This document shows positions 7,124 through 15,208 of a DNA stretch of 25,424 bases, piece by piece (within the stretch, counting starts at the first letter, position 1; every line of letters starts with the position of its first letter). The notes below the pieces were generated by a model. That model made no database searches. It was given only the letters and a program-made list of their open reading frames with translations, and was not told where the DNA came from. The DNA lies in the IMG/VR virus record IMGVR_UViG_3300038492_000407, positions 1-25,424 of that record; one strand, written 5' to 3'. This DNA comes from a virus (taxonomy: Duplodnaviria > Caudoviricetes). A program made the translations under genes and the position numbers.

Positions 7124-7626
7124 TGCACTGGTTCATCTTCGAGTGCCGCAATGGTCACGAGCACAAGGCCGAAAACGAGCTTCGATCCTGTGGTCTTCAA
7201 ACCTTGTTGCCCATTGGCAAGGCTTATCGACAGCGCAAGCGAGCCGGTAAGTCGTCGGCGCTCGTGACCTATCCTCTGTGGGGTGGCTACATCATGGGCG
7301 GCGGCAAGCAAGTGCCGTGGCCTGCCTTGCGCTCGCGGTTCGAAAACGAGCACTGCGCGCTGTTTGGCGTCCTTTGCCTGAACAAGGACAATGAGCCAAG
7401 CCCGATCGGCCCTCGTCTTCTCGATGAGATCCGCAATAGATCGTGGCTGGCCGACCAATCTCCGTTCGACATTGGGGACGAAATCAAAGTGACCGAGGGT
7501 CCATTCGTCGGACGACTCGGTAAACTCGTAGATATCGACGACAGCCAGGCGGAAATCGTTTTGGACATGCTCGGCAAGAGCGTGAGGGCGACTTTTCATC
7601 CGGCGCATTTGGAGAAAGTGGCGTGA
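7123..7626 (+). CDS. NusG/RfaH-family transcription antitermination factor
   Basis: NGN domain (WFIFECRNGHEHKA...PLWGGYI) and KOW motif (IGDEIKVTEGPFVGRLG). Confidence 0.88.
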   Translation: MHWFIFECRNGHEHKAENELRSCGLQTLLPIGKAYRQRKRAGKSSALVTYPLWGGYIMGGGKQVPWPALRSRFENEHCALFGVLCLNKDNEPSPIGPRLLDEIRNRSWLADQSPFDIGDEIKVTEGPFVGRLGKLVDIDDSQAEIVLDMLGKSVRATFHPAHLEKVA

Positions 7627-7805
7627 TAAACAAGATCGATGTTATTGTGGGAGCAATTGTGCTCGTTATTTTAATCGGAGCAATGGTTTTTTCTATGGTT
7701 AGTTATTTCAATCGACCAACCGATAATATTTGCGCACTTCAGAATACACCTACGCCATTCTGTGCAGCCTATATCAAGCAACTAAAACTCAAAAGGAACG
7801 ACTAA
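7623..7805 (+). CDS. Small single-TM protein
   Basis: Hydrophobic stretch VIVGAIVLVILIGAMVF; coupled overlaps. Confidence 0.55.
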   Translation: MINKIDVIVGAIVLVILIGAMVFSMVSYFNRPTDNICALQNTPTPFCAAYIKQLKLKRND

Positions 7806-8131
7806 TGGGACGGCCTCGCCAGTTAATGCCGTGGGAAACATCGGATGATCGTCGCCAGCCAATTACAGACGATCCAAAACCGGTCGAAGGACAGCGGGTA
7901 ATTCGTGCTTCTGAGTTCATGCGAGAAGTAATCATGAAGTCTCGCACCGATCGAGAAATGAAACTTCACTTTTTCGGTTGGCCAATAGTGGTAAATTCAC
8001 AATTGCCGCAAAATGTCATTTGCCTACAGCCGTCGGAAGATCCGGATTCGTGGAAATGGTTTCGATTCCATGGCGAGAAGTTCATTGAGTTCAAATGGCC
8101 CAATCCTAACAGAAGTGTCTCTAAGTCCTAA
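7805..8131 (+). CDS. Hypothetical protein
   Basis: AAGGA RBS; TAATG coupling. Confidence 0.6.
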   Translation: MGRPRQLMPWETSDDRRQPITDDPKPVEGQRVIRASEFMREVIMKSRTDREMKLHFFGWPIVVNSQLPQNVICLQPSEDPDSWKWFRFHGEKFIEFKWPNPNRSVSKS

Positions 8132-8150
8132 CTATTTCCGCGGTGGAAAA

Positions 8151-8423
8151 ATGGTAAATCTGGAACTTTTCGGACATCCGCCTTTGAAACACGAGGCAAA
8201 AAAGTACAAGCGCAAGCCGACTCGACCAAACGGCTATGCCGGCAATCCTGGCCGCGGTCCGCAAGGTGAAACCTGCCGTTCATGCGAGCACTACGTACTA
8301 AAGAACAGTCACAGCCGGGTGTATCGAAAATGCGGCTTGTGTGAAGCGAGTTGGACGCATGGGCCGGGGTCCGACATTCTCGCTCGATCGCCGGCCTGCG
8401 AATATTGGGAGAAGTGTTTATGA
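8151..8423 (+). CDS. Cys-rich (putative Zn-binding) phage protein
   Basis: GPQGETCRSC...KCGLC...DI....PAC..W pattern. Confidence 0.65.
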   Translation: MVNLELFGHPPLKHEAKKYKRKPTRPNGYAGNPGRGPQGETCRSCEHYVLKNSHSRVYRKCGLCEASWTHGPGSDILARSPACEYWEKCL

Positions 8424-8542
8424 AAATCAGTGAGCAAGGCTTATACTATGCATTGGGTTCTCGCGCCGAATGCGAGGCTGCCACCCTCCAGGAAATCGAC
8501 AACACAGATCCAACGCGAGCGGCAACGGCAAGATTGCTGTAA
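8420..8542 (+). CDS. Small hypothetical protein
   Basis: GGAG RBS; ATGA coupling. Confidence 0.3.
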   Translation: MKISEQGLYYALGSRAECEAATLQEIDNTDPTRAATARLL

Positions 8543-8548
8543 GCTGCT

Positions 8549-8797
8549 ATGCCCGTTCATCAGGGATTTTTGGATGATTGCCAGGAGCGAGGATTGACCC
8601 CAGGGGACGCAATCGTGGCAACCGTTCATACGGTAACTTCAATGCTCGGGACAACACTTCTCCAGCTGCGTGAGTCTGACCGAGCGGAAGCAATTGTTGA
8701 TGTTCGAGCGCATTGTCTGAATCTCTACGATGCGATGTCGGATCATATACTTGAAGATCAAGGCGAGGACGAGGAGCGATGCGAGCCCACCACATAA
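8549..8797 (+). CDS. Hypothetical protein
   Basis: Co-oriented ORF filling the operon. Confidence 0.5.
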   Translation: MPVHQGFLDDCQERGLTPGDAIVATVHTVTSMLGTTLLQLRESDRAEAIVDVRAHCLNLYDAMSDHILEDQGEDEERCEPTT

Positions 8798-9654
8798 TTG
8801 AAAGTATGCATCAGGTTGTGGCAGCTGCGGCGAAAGCAGGTAAGACGGATGTTTTCGAGCGCGATACGTGGGACTGCCTTTTCGATGCTTATAGGATGGC
8901 GGTTAACTTCGATCTTGGAGATTTGAAGCCCACGCTTGAACAAGTCGAATTCGGCCGAGAGCTGCACGAAAAGGACATGCTCGCGTTTCCGTTTCCACTG
9001 ATGTTCATATCATCTAAGGCGCTGGGCCAAGGCCACTCGATATTGGTCAGCGATCAGGTTCGAAAAATGGAGCGCGTCGGAATGAACGATCTTCCCGATG
9101 ACGAACGGGCGTTCGCAATGTTTTCGACGAGTGCCGTATTTATGGGGGGAGCTATTGATCCAAAACATGGTCCGCCAAGGCAAATTGGTAACGTCGCTTG
9201 CCCTGTCTGCGGCATGTGGGTGACAAAAGATCGAGTGAATTGGAAACACATTCTCAATCTTCGATCAGCCTCACGAACGACAGGAGAGCCACGGGAATTT
9301 TCAGGCGAGACATACGCCCCACACGTTGAATTCGTCTATGGTGTCGTTGCTATGCTGATGTCGAAAGACGTTGAAGTGACTGTCAGCCCCAAACCAACCA
9401 AACTCAACGCTGCGCGTGAGAAGAAGGGCAAGGTGCCGATCGGCGAGTCGAGAATAATCAAGATCCGGGCTGAGGCACGTGTTCGGTATGAGGGATCGGG
9501 CGATGGCACACACGCGAGCCCACGCATGCACTGGCGCCGCGGGCATTTTCGAAAATTGGCGTCCGGCAATATTATCCCGGTGGCGCCGTCGCTGGTAAAT
9601 GCAACGGACGAGGCAAAGGAAGTTGCCAGGAAGGACTACGAGGTGGTGGCGTGA
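8779..9654 (+). CDS. Conserved phage hypothetical protein with C-terminal HASPRxHxRRGH motif
   Basis: KLNAAREKKGKVP...THASPRMHWRRGHFR; GAGGAG RBS. Confidence 0.75.
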   Translation: MRAHHIIESMHQVVAAAAKAGKTDVFERDTWDCLFDAYRMAVNFDLGDLKPTLEQVEFGRELHEKDMLAFPFPLMFISSKALGQGHSILVSDQVRKMERVGMNDLPDDERAFAMFSTSAVFMGGAIDPKHGPPRQIGNVACPVCGMWVTKDRVNWKHILNLRSASRTTGEPREFSGETYAPHVEFVYGVVAMLMSKDVEVTVSPKPTKLNAAREKKGKVPIGESRIIKIRAEARVRYEGSGDGTHASPRMHWRRGHFRKLASGNIIPVAPSLVNATDEAKEVARKDYEVVA

Positions 9655-9956
9655 TGCCAACAGAACTGGAAGAAGAGGTCGGCGAAGCTCTGGCACAGGA
9701 ATGTCGGGAGATTTTCGGCTCGTCGTGGTCGAATGAGATAAAATGGAAGCTCGCTCGAGCTGCTATCGCTGCTGTTGGCCGCAATCTACTGGGAGACTTC
9801 GACGAGATTAAACGCCGTGAGAACACTGAACGCCTGTATCATAAGGCGAAAGCTGCAGGCTTTCCGATCTCGACTGAACCTGGATCTGTCAACGTGGTGC
9901 CAAGACCAAAAGACGGCGGGCCAGTGTTCCCTAGGTCGGAAGATGATCCACTGTGA
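9651..9956 (+). CDS. Hypothetical protein
   Basis: GAGGTGG RBS; overlap coupling. Confidence 0.55.
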   Translation: MMPTELEEEVGEALAQECREIFGSSWSNEIKWKLARAAIAAVGRNLLGDFDEIKRRENTERLYHKAKAAGFPISTEPGSVNVVPRPKDGGPVFPRSEDDPL

Positions 9957-10035
9957 CGGTACTGACACAGCACGCCACAATTAGGCGTGCTACTCGATTC
10001 GGGTTGCAACGCAGTTACCATATGGGAAAATCAAA

Positions 10036-10695
10036 ATGCGCAAGCTACTCACGATAGCGGCGCTCCTCGCGGTCTTCGCGTCGGCGCCAATCCATGCTGC
10101 TGATCTCGGCGGAAAGGCTGTCGCTCAACAGCCAGCAGAGCCGCGAGCGGTATCGCGCACCGGCTGCTATTTTGGCGTCCATGCTGGCGTCGTATCGCAA
10201 TCGGTCGACATCGAGGCAGGTGGCGCGAACATCTTCACTCTTGGACTGGATGGGACGTTCATCGGCGGTCAAGCGGGCTGTGACGCTCAGGCAGGCCGTA
10301 TCGTTGGCGGCCTCTATGGCGAGTATAATTTCTTCCAGGCGGAAGGTGAGAACGCGTTTCTCGCGATCAACGACATCGAGCTTGATAGCAAGTGGTCGCT
10401 CGGCTTGCGTCTCGGCTTCCTGCTCAACCAGCACACGCTGTTGTACGGCAAGGCAGCATTCACGAAAGCGAAGGGCGACAACAACGATCTGACAGGTTGG
10501 GATTTCGGCGGCGGTCTCGAGCTTGACTTGACGAGAGCGCTATCACTTCAGCTGGACTACACCGGCACGAAGTGGAACGATGACGATAACGCGTTCGGTC
10601 TCACGGGTGTGACGGCAGAGTCGCTAGCGCATGCTGGGCGGATCGGACTTATCTACAGGTTCGGCGCCAACAATGGAATTAACTGGTGGAACTAG
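10036..10695 (+). CDS. Outer-membrane beta-barrel protein, Omp25/RopB-like
   Basis: Signal peptide then AADL; TGCYFGVHAG, GGQAGCD, RLGF...LLYGKA, GWDFGGGLE and RIGLIYRF strands. Confidence 0.88.
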   Translation: MRKLLTIAALLAVFASAPIHAADLGGKAVAQQPAEPRAVSRTGCYFGVHAGVVSQSVDIEAGGANIFTLGLDGTFIGGQAGCDAQAGRIVGGLYGEYNFFQAEGENAFLAINDIELDSKWSLGLRLGFLLNQHTLLYGKAAFTKAKGDNNDLTGWDFGGGLELDLTRALSLQLDYTGTKWNDDDNAFGLTGVTAESLAHAGRIGLIYRFGANNGINWWN

Positions 10696-10724
10696 TATAG
10701 TCCGTGCTAGGAGGCTCGCTGCGG

Positions 10725-10762
10725 AGGGGTCGCACTGTCGTCGTGCGGCCCCTTTGTCGTTT
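10725..10762 (+). terminator. Intrinsic terminator between convergent units
   Basis: AGGGGTCGCAC/GTGCGGCCCCT stem followed by TTGTCGTTT. Confidence 0.6.
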
Positions 10763-10992
10763 CAGTCGCTGTTGTTGATTTCGCGTCTTAGTTGCGGATT
10801 GATCGTGTCGCGAAACTGGAGCACGACGGCCAATGCTGCACCCCATACGAACCGATCATCAACAGGCAGATCTGATGCTCGAATGAGCGCGCGGCACTGA
10901 TCAGCAACGCCCATGCCGTGCACGCTGGCGATGTCGTCTTCGATGGTTGGCAGCCTTACCAAAGTCTTCGCGTTCTTGCCTTCGTAGGCCAT
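10762..10992 (-). CDS. Hypothetical protein
   Basis: AAGGAG RBS. Confidence 0.65.
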   Translation of the reverse strand: MAYEGKNAKTLVRLPTIEDDIASVHGMGVADQCRALIRASDLPVDDRFVWGAALAVVLQFRDTINPQLRREINNSD

Positions 10993-11394
10993 GTGTCACT
11001 CCTTAGTAGTTGCAATCAATCTTCGGCCAGCCGAGCTTCCATTCGTCCGTCTGCTCTACTGCGGCGTCGAGAAGTCGCTTAACAAGACTGGGCTCTGCCT
11101 CGTGTCCCTGGTCGCTATAGATTTTAAGACGGCGCTGAACGATGTCGGTTGCTTCTTCGGGTGTGCCATCCCGGAAAAAGCGCTGACCTTGGTGCAGCTT
11201 GTGGTCCGGGTCGCATCTGTCGAGCTTCCATTGCACATGGTTTAGCGATAGCTCGCCGCAGCTGGGGCAACCAAGACAGAACGGAGTCACGCCGTCGCGA
11301 CTGTTCCAGATGATTTCATGGTGGCCGCACTTCTCGCAGCCGTAGCGCATCAACGCGAAAGCTTCCTTGTGTTTGTAGGCCATGTGTCACTCCT
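10984..11394. repeat. 20-bp direct repeat GTAGGCCATGTGTCACTCCT (10984-11003 and 11375-11394)
   Basis: Exact copies, each covering the RBS, start and first codons of adjacent - strand genes. Confidence 0.9.
11003..11383 (-). CDS. Zn-ribbon phage protein
   Basis: CEKC...IWNSRDGVTPF...CPSC. Confidence 0.7.
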   Translation of the reverse strand: MAYKHKEAFALMRYGCEKCGHHEIIWNSRDGVTPFCLGCPSCGELSLNHVQWKLDRCDPDHKLHQGQRFFRDGTPEEATDIVQRRLKIYSDQGHEAEPSLVKRLLDAAVEQTDEWKLGWPKIDCNY

Positions 11395-11445
11395 GCAATG
11401 CGTTGTCTTCGACTATTTCGACGAATGCCTTGTGGCTGTGGGCCA

Positions 11446-11739
11446 TCAAACATCCTCCACAAGTTCGACATCTTCAGGCGTTGTCCAGTACGATCCGGCG
11501 TGCGGGTTGGTCTCGTAATCAAGGGGTGACGTGTAGAACACATCGTCGTATTTCGTGTGCAATCCCACAATGATCATGATTGCGCCTTTGCGCCACGCCC
11601 ACTCGGTGTCTGTGATCATGCGAACCTTCTGGCCAACGCGCCAGCGATCAGGCAGTGGCCTTTCGTCGAACGCCTCCTGCTTCAGCCGTTGGCTTTCTGC
11701 GGCATGCCAGTCTGCCTTGTCGAGCTTCTCTTGGTTCAT
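11446..11739 (-). CDS. Hypothetical protein (possible SH3-like barrel)
   Basis: GAGGTGG RBS, ATGA coupling; WRVGQKVRM pattern. Confidence 0.65.
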   Translation of the reverse strand: MNQEKLDKADWHAAESQRLKQEAFDERPLPDRWRVGQKVRMITDTEWAWRKGAIMIIVGLHTKYDDVFYTSPLDYETNPHAGSYWTTPEDVELVEDV

Positions 11740-12593
11740 GCCGACCACCTCAACCAGTAGTTCTCAGGAGTTGGCTGAGCTATCACCCATTCACACGTTT
11801 CGATCACAATGCGAAGGCTGTCGAGATACGACTCCAGAACCTCGTCCGTGCCTTTGCAGATAACGTAAGTGACGACTTGTTTTGTGCCGAGCCAGTGTTT
11901 TTCAATGCCCATTACTACGCCGACGGCTTCCAGCGGCTTGCCGATAAACCAGTGCCCAGAGATGTTCGAATACCCGGATTTGCGCGCGTCTTCATGGATC
12001 TCCGCTTGACGCGAGTATTCTTGGCGGTAGAGTTTTAGTGCGTCTTCTTTCGACGAACACATGTGCTCAACGTCTGCCGGGTCGACAAACGGATTTACCG
12101 AAGACTCGATGACAAACATGTGCCCGCCTTGGTCTTCGGTTTTTGCTTTCATCTCGGCAATTAGCATCTGTGCCCGGTTAGCGGCACGGGTCCAGTTTGG
12201 TTGAAAAGTGTATTCGTTGTCTTCTTTCTCAAAAACCCAATTGAGACCTTCTTTGCCAGTCATCTGTCGCACGACTGAGTTGATGCCGCCTGCGTTGTAG
12301 CTGGAGCGGAAATACCCGATTTTGAACAGGTGCTCTGGGTTGATTGTTGACTCCGGGGTTTCGGGATCGCGATTTAGATGGAGAGGTAAGGTGCCGTGCT
12401 TGCCCATTCCAAGCTCTTCGGCGACTGCATCGCATTTAGCCCGTATCTCTTCGATTTGAGATTGGGGAATGTCTTTGTATTCTAGATGGCGAGTTTCGGC
12501 CCAAATGGCATCGGTGCGCTCCTCGTATTCAGTCTCGAGTCGTTCGCATTCTGCCTTGTCGCTCATCCATGTGAGATATACGTCTAGTCCCAT
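11736..12593 (-). CDS. Conserved phage hypothetical protein (MGLDxYL type)
   Basis: 285-aa ORF with AGGAG RBS; MGLDVYL and IGYFRSSYN. Confidence 0.75.
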   Translation of the reverse strand: MGLDVYLTWMSDKAECERLETEYEERTDAIWAETRHLEYKDIPQSQIEEIRAKCDAVAEELGMGKHGTLPLHLNRDPETPESTINPEHLFKIGYFRSSYNAGGINSVVRQMTGKEGLNWVFEKEDNEYTFQPNWTRAANRAQMLIAEMKAKTEDQGGHMFVIESSVNPFVDPADVEHMCSSKEDALKLYRQEYSRQAEIHEDARKSGYSNISGHWFIGKPLEAVGVVMGIEKHWLGTKQVVTYVICKGTDEVLESYLDSLRIVIETCEWVIAQPTPENYWLRWSA

Positions 12594-12607
12594 AGGTGAA
12601 GTCTCCT

Positions 12608-12639
12608 AAAAAAGCGCCCCACTGGCGAACCAGCGGGGC
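12608..12639 (-). terminator. Intrinsic terminator with UUCG loop inside the leftward accessory unit
   Basis: GCCCCGCTGG-TTCG-CCAGTGGGGC followed by GC and a T-run on the - strand. Confidence 0.7.
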
Positions 12640-12654
12640 AGTTGGAGGAACAGG

Positions 12655-12954
12655 TCAAGCGGTCCGCGTGTCGAGTGCTGTTCGAATGCGGCGCTGGGCT
12701 GTGGTCTGAGGCAGGTTGAACTTGTCCATCACTTCTCGGACCTTCGGCTTGCCCCTTAGCTTGTTCTGAGCCTTCACCCAATCGACAACAACGTCGGTTT
12801 CAACAATTTCCTTCGGTGCAGGCTTCGGCTTGTTGGCGATACCGGCTGGCACTACCGAAAAGTAGATGAGCCGGGGTAGGAACATGACGAGCGGCTGAAT
12901 CATTTGTTGACCGATAATCTTGCTCCAGGGGTCGTGCGGTGCTTCGCATTGCAT
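12655..12954 (-). CDS. Hypothetical protein with C-terminal HTH-like segment
   Basis: AAGGA RBS; PKVREVMDKFNLPQTTAQRRI. Confidence 0.6.
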   Translation of the reverse strand: MQCEAPHDPWSKIIGQQMIQPLVMFLPRLIYFSVVPAGIANKPKPAPKEIVETDVVVDWVKAQNKLRGKPKVREVMDKFNLPQTTAQRRIRTALDTRTA

Positions 12955-13010
12955 GGTGAATTCCTTTGGTTCGACTTCGGTAGCAGGTACAAACTGCGAC
13001 CTTGACCCTA

Positions 13011-13038
13011 ATATAGTCTTAAAATGGGGTCATGTCAA
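13011..13038 (-). promoter_or_regulatory. Leftward sigma70 promoter
   Basis: TTGACA-N16-CTATAT on the - strand. Confidence 0.75.
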
Positions 13039-13046
13039 TAGGGGGG

Positions 13047-13074
13047 TTGACATATTTCGACCCCACGCTATATC
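13047..13074 (+). promoter_or_regulatory. Rightward sigma70 promoter
   Basis: TTGACA-N15-CTATAT(C), back-to-back with the leftward promoter. Confidence 0.7.
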
Positions 13075-13100
13075 CATTATAGAGCCAAAGGGAGATTAAA

Positions 13101-13349
13101 ATGCTTTATCGTGCAATTTTGATAGTTGCGTTGCTTGGGTTGACTGCCTGCACAGATCAAAAGGGCGCGCAGCGCGTGCTCGAAGAGCAGGGCTACACGG
13201 ATATTAAGACGACTGGATATAGTTTTTTTGCTTGCAGCGAAAACGACACTTTCGCGACGGGCTTTGAAGCCATGTCTCCGGCTGGCAAGTCGGTCAAAGG
13301 TACAGTTTGCTCTGCCTTCTGGAAGGGCAAAACCATCCGTCTACATTAG
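13101..13349 (+). CDS. Small phage lipoprotein
   Basis: Lipobox LTAC; GYTDI..TGY..F.CS..D.F.TGF.A....G..V.G.VC pattern; GGGAG RBS. Confidence 0.8.
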   Translation: MLYRAILIVALLGLTACTDQKGAQRVLEEQGYTDIKTTGYSFFACSENDTFATGFEAMSPAGKSVKGTVCSAFWKGKTIRLH

Positions 13350-13360
13350 GAGCTTACGCC

Positions 13361-13537
13361 ATGGGCGCACCGGCAAGGCCGAAAAACACTGCAGAATTCA
13401 ACGTCCGCATGCCGGCCAAGATCCGCGATGCGCTCGATAAGATGGCTGCGAAAAACGAACGCTCGCGCAATGCCGAGGTCGTTTACGCGCTCAAAGTGCA
13501 CTTGGGTTTGGTTGAGGGGAGCAAGGCCAATGGGTGA
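13361..13537 (+). CDS. Arc-family ribbon-helix-helix repressor
   Basis: FNVRMPAKIRDALDKMAAKNERSRNAEVVYAL; AGGAG RBS. Confidence 0.88.
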   Translation: MGAPARPKNTAEFNVRMPAKIRDALDKMAAKNERSRNAEVVYALKVHLGLVEGSKANG

Positions 13538-13673
13538 CTATCTTCGCGAACAGTACGGGCATAGAGCGCCAAGGCGGGTTTTTCCGCGCGGTGGAGCGCT
13601 GGGCTGGATATTTGTTTGCATGGTGCTCGCATGGTCCGCATTCGCCGCCGTCTACGGCTACGGACTCGGGTAG
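13530..13673 (+). CDS. Small single-TM protein
   Basis: GGGGAG RBS; hydrophobic C-terminus. Confidence 0.5.
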   Translation: MGDYLREQYGHRAPRRVFPRGGALGWIFVCMVLAWSAFAAVYGYGLG

Positions 13674-13727
13674 AGGCAACCTTCTAAAACAACGATGAAA
13701 TCAGTTGTTTGTGTGATTCTTCTGCAC

Positions 13728-13756
13728 TTGACGAAAGGGGCAAATCACTTGATTAA
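13728..13756 (+). promoter_or_regulatory. Putative late promoter with GGGCAAATCAC spacer motif
   Basis: TTGACG-AAAG-GGGCAAATCAC; the same motif occurs at 19059-19080. Confidence 0.5.
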
Positions 13757-13859
13757 CGGATGTTCATACGTGTTCGGGGTGCGAGCGTGCTGTCTGTATG
13801 CCTTTGCCGCGCCCCAAGGCTGCTTTCCGCCACGATGGCGAAGCTGTGCCTGCTGAACT

Positions 13860-13875
13860 TGTTTCACGTGAAACA
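13860..13875. promoter_or_regulatory. parS: parS centromere-like site (perfect chromosomal consensus)
   Basis: TGTTTCACGTGAAACA, a 16/16 palindrome in an intergenic region. Confidence 0.85.
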
Positions 13876-13978
13876 TCCGATCAATCCCGTCAACGCTGGT
13901 TATGTCGCCCGTTCCCCAATCCGGGTTCAGGCATTGGGTTGAGCCAGTGTTGGCGGGGCTTCTACAGGGGACCGTGCC

Positions 13979-15208
13979 ATGTTTAGTCGCAAAGCTCCAA
14001 AGCCAAACCCGCTCGGCCTGCCGCCGCAGGTAGCGCGGTTTTTCACGATCCTGGCGCTGCTCGGGTTGGTTTGCACCGTTGTCGACACCACCTATTCCGG
14101 TCGCTTCGGCCTGACCTATGACGAGATCTCAGGGATTGGCATGGGTGCTGTATCACTCGCGTCCGGTTGCCTGCTTGTGGTTGCTATTGCACTCTACCGC
14201 ATGGGCTTCATCGATATCGCAAAGGGGCTCGCCGCCGTTTGGGCTTGCTGCTTCGTGTTCAACATCTTCACGAATACCGGCGTTGCAACTGCAAACCGTA
14301 TGGCAGAGGTCCAGGAAGCCAAGCATACCGCTGGCACGTTCAAGGATCACACCAAAACTCGCGACGAAGCCGAAGCCAACCTGAAAACCTTCGGCGCTCA
14401 ATTGGCGCGTTTGCACAGCGATTTCCGAGATCTGACGGCAGTTAAGGTGGGCGATTGGACAGCAACAGCTGTGCCGGCGTCGGTGCCTGATCTGGAAGTT
14501 CTGATCGTGGAGAAGGAAGCCGAGCGCGCACGGGAAGCCAACCGCGTTAAATGTGGTCCGATCTGCGAACAACGGGCTCGTGAGAAGGCGCACTTGATCA
14601 AGCTCAAGGGCGTAGCCGTCAAAATCGCGAAGCTTGAAGGCCAGATCACAGCAACCAAGCGCGTGCTCGAGGATGCCCGAAAGACGGTCGCGACGGCTGA
14701 TACGGGTATCTCGAACGTTGCGAATGCATCCGGTCTGGTTGCACGCTGGACAATCGGTTGGTTCACCGACGGCAACACCGATTCAGCCATGCAGAACACG
14801 AACGAAGGTCTCGGTATCGGCTTGGCCTTTGTCATCGCTGTTGCGGCCGCGGGCACGAACGTTGCTGGGGCATGGCCTTATTTGATGCAAATTCGGCCCA
14901 TGGAAGCTATGCCGTTGAAACCACAGGGATTTGAACCGTCGGGTTCTGGCAGTATGGTTCGACCAGAATTCCCGACGCAAGCGCCGCTCGACCCACCCCG
15001 CTCGACACAGGGAACTGAGCTGGCTGCCGCCGCTGTGCCTGGTACAACCGGAGGTGCCCCCGCGGCTCCGGCAGGTGCAGCGGCCCCTCAACATGCGACC
15101 ACCTACAACGTGGGTGTCATGAACGACGAAGAGACGCGTCAGATGCTAGCCCGCATCAGTGCAGGCATTCATGGCGCCATCAAAGGACACATGCAGAGGG
15201 CCGCATGA
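13979..15208 (+). CDS. Membrane protein: 3 N-terminal TMs, long coiled coil, C-terminal TM (DUF4407-like architecture)
   Basis: Hydrophobic segments at about residues 20-100 and 275-300; heptads flanking KCGPIC. Confidence 0.75.
   Translation: MFSRKAPKPNPLGLPPQVARFFTILALLGLVCTVVDTTYSGRFGLTYDEISGIGMGAVSLASGCLLVVAIALYRMGFIDIAKGLAAVWACCFVFNIFTNTGVATANRMAEVQEAKHTAGTFKDHTKTRDEAEANLKTFGAQLARLHSDFRDLTAVKVGDWTATAVPASVPDLEVLIVEKEAERAREANRVKCGPICEQRAREKAHLIKLKGVAVKIAKLEGQITATKRVLEDARKTVATADTGISNVANASGLVARWTIGWFTDGNTDSAMQNTNEGLGIGLAFVIAVAAAGTNVAGAWPYLMQIRPMEAMPLKPQGFEPSGSGSMVRPEFPTQAPLDPPRSTQGTELAAAAVPGTTGGAPAAPAGAAAPQHATTYNVGVMNDEETRQMLARISAGIHGAIKGHMQRAA

Noticed and set aside
10024-10033. GGGAAAATCA as a third copy of the late-promoter motif
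   Set aside because: It has a mismatch, the spacing to TTG is wrong, and it overlaps the OMP ribosome-binding region.
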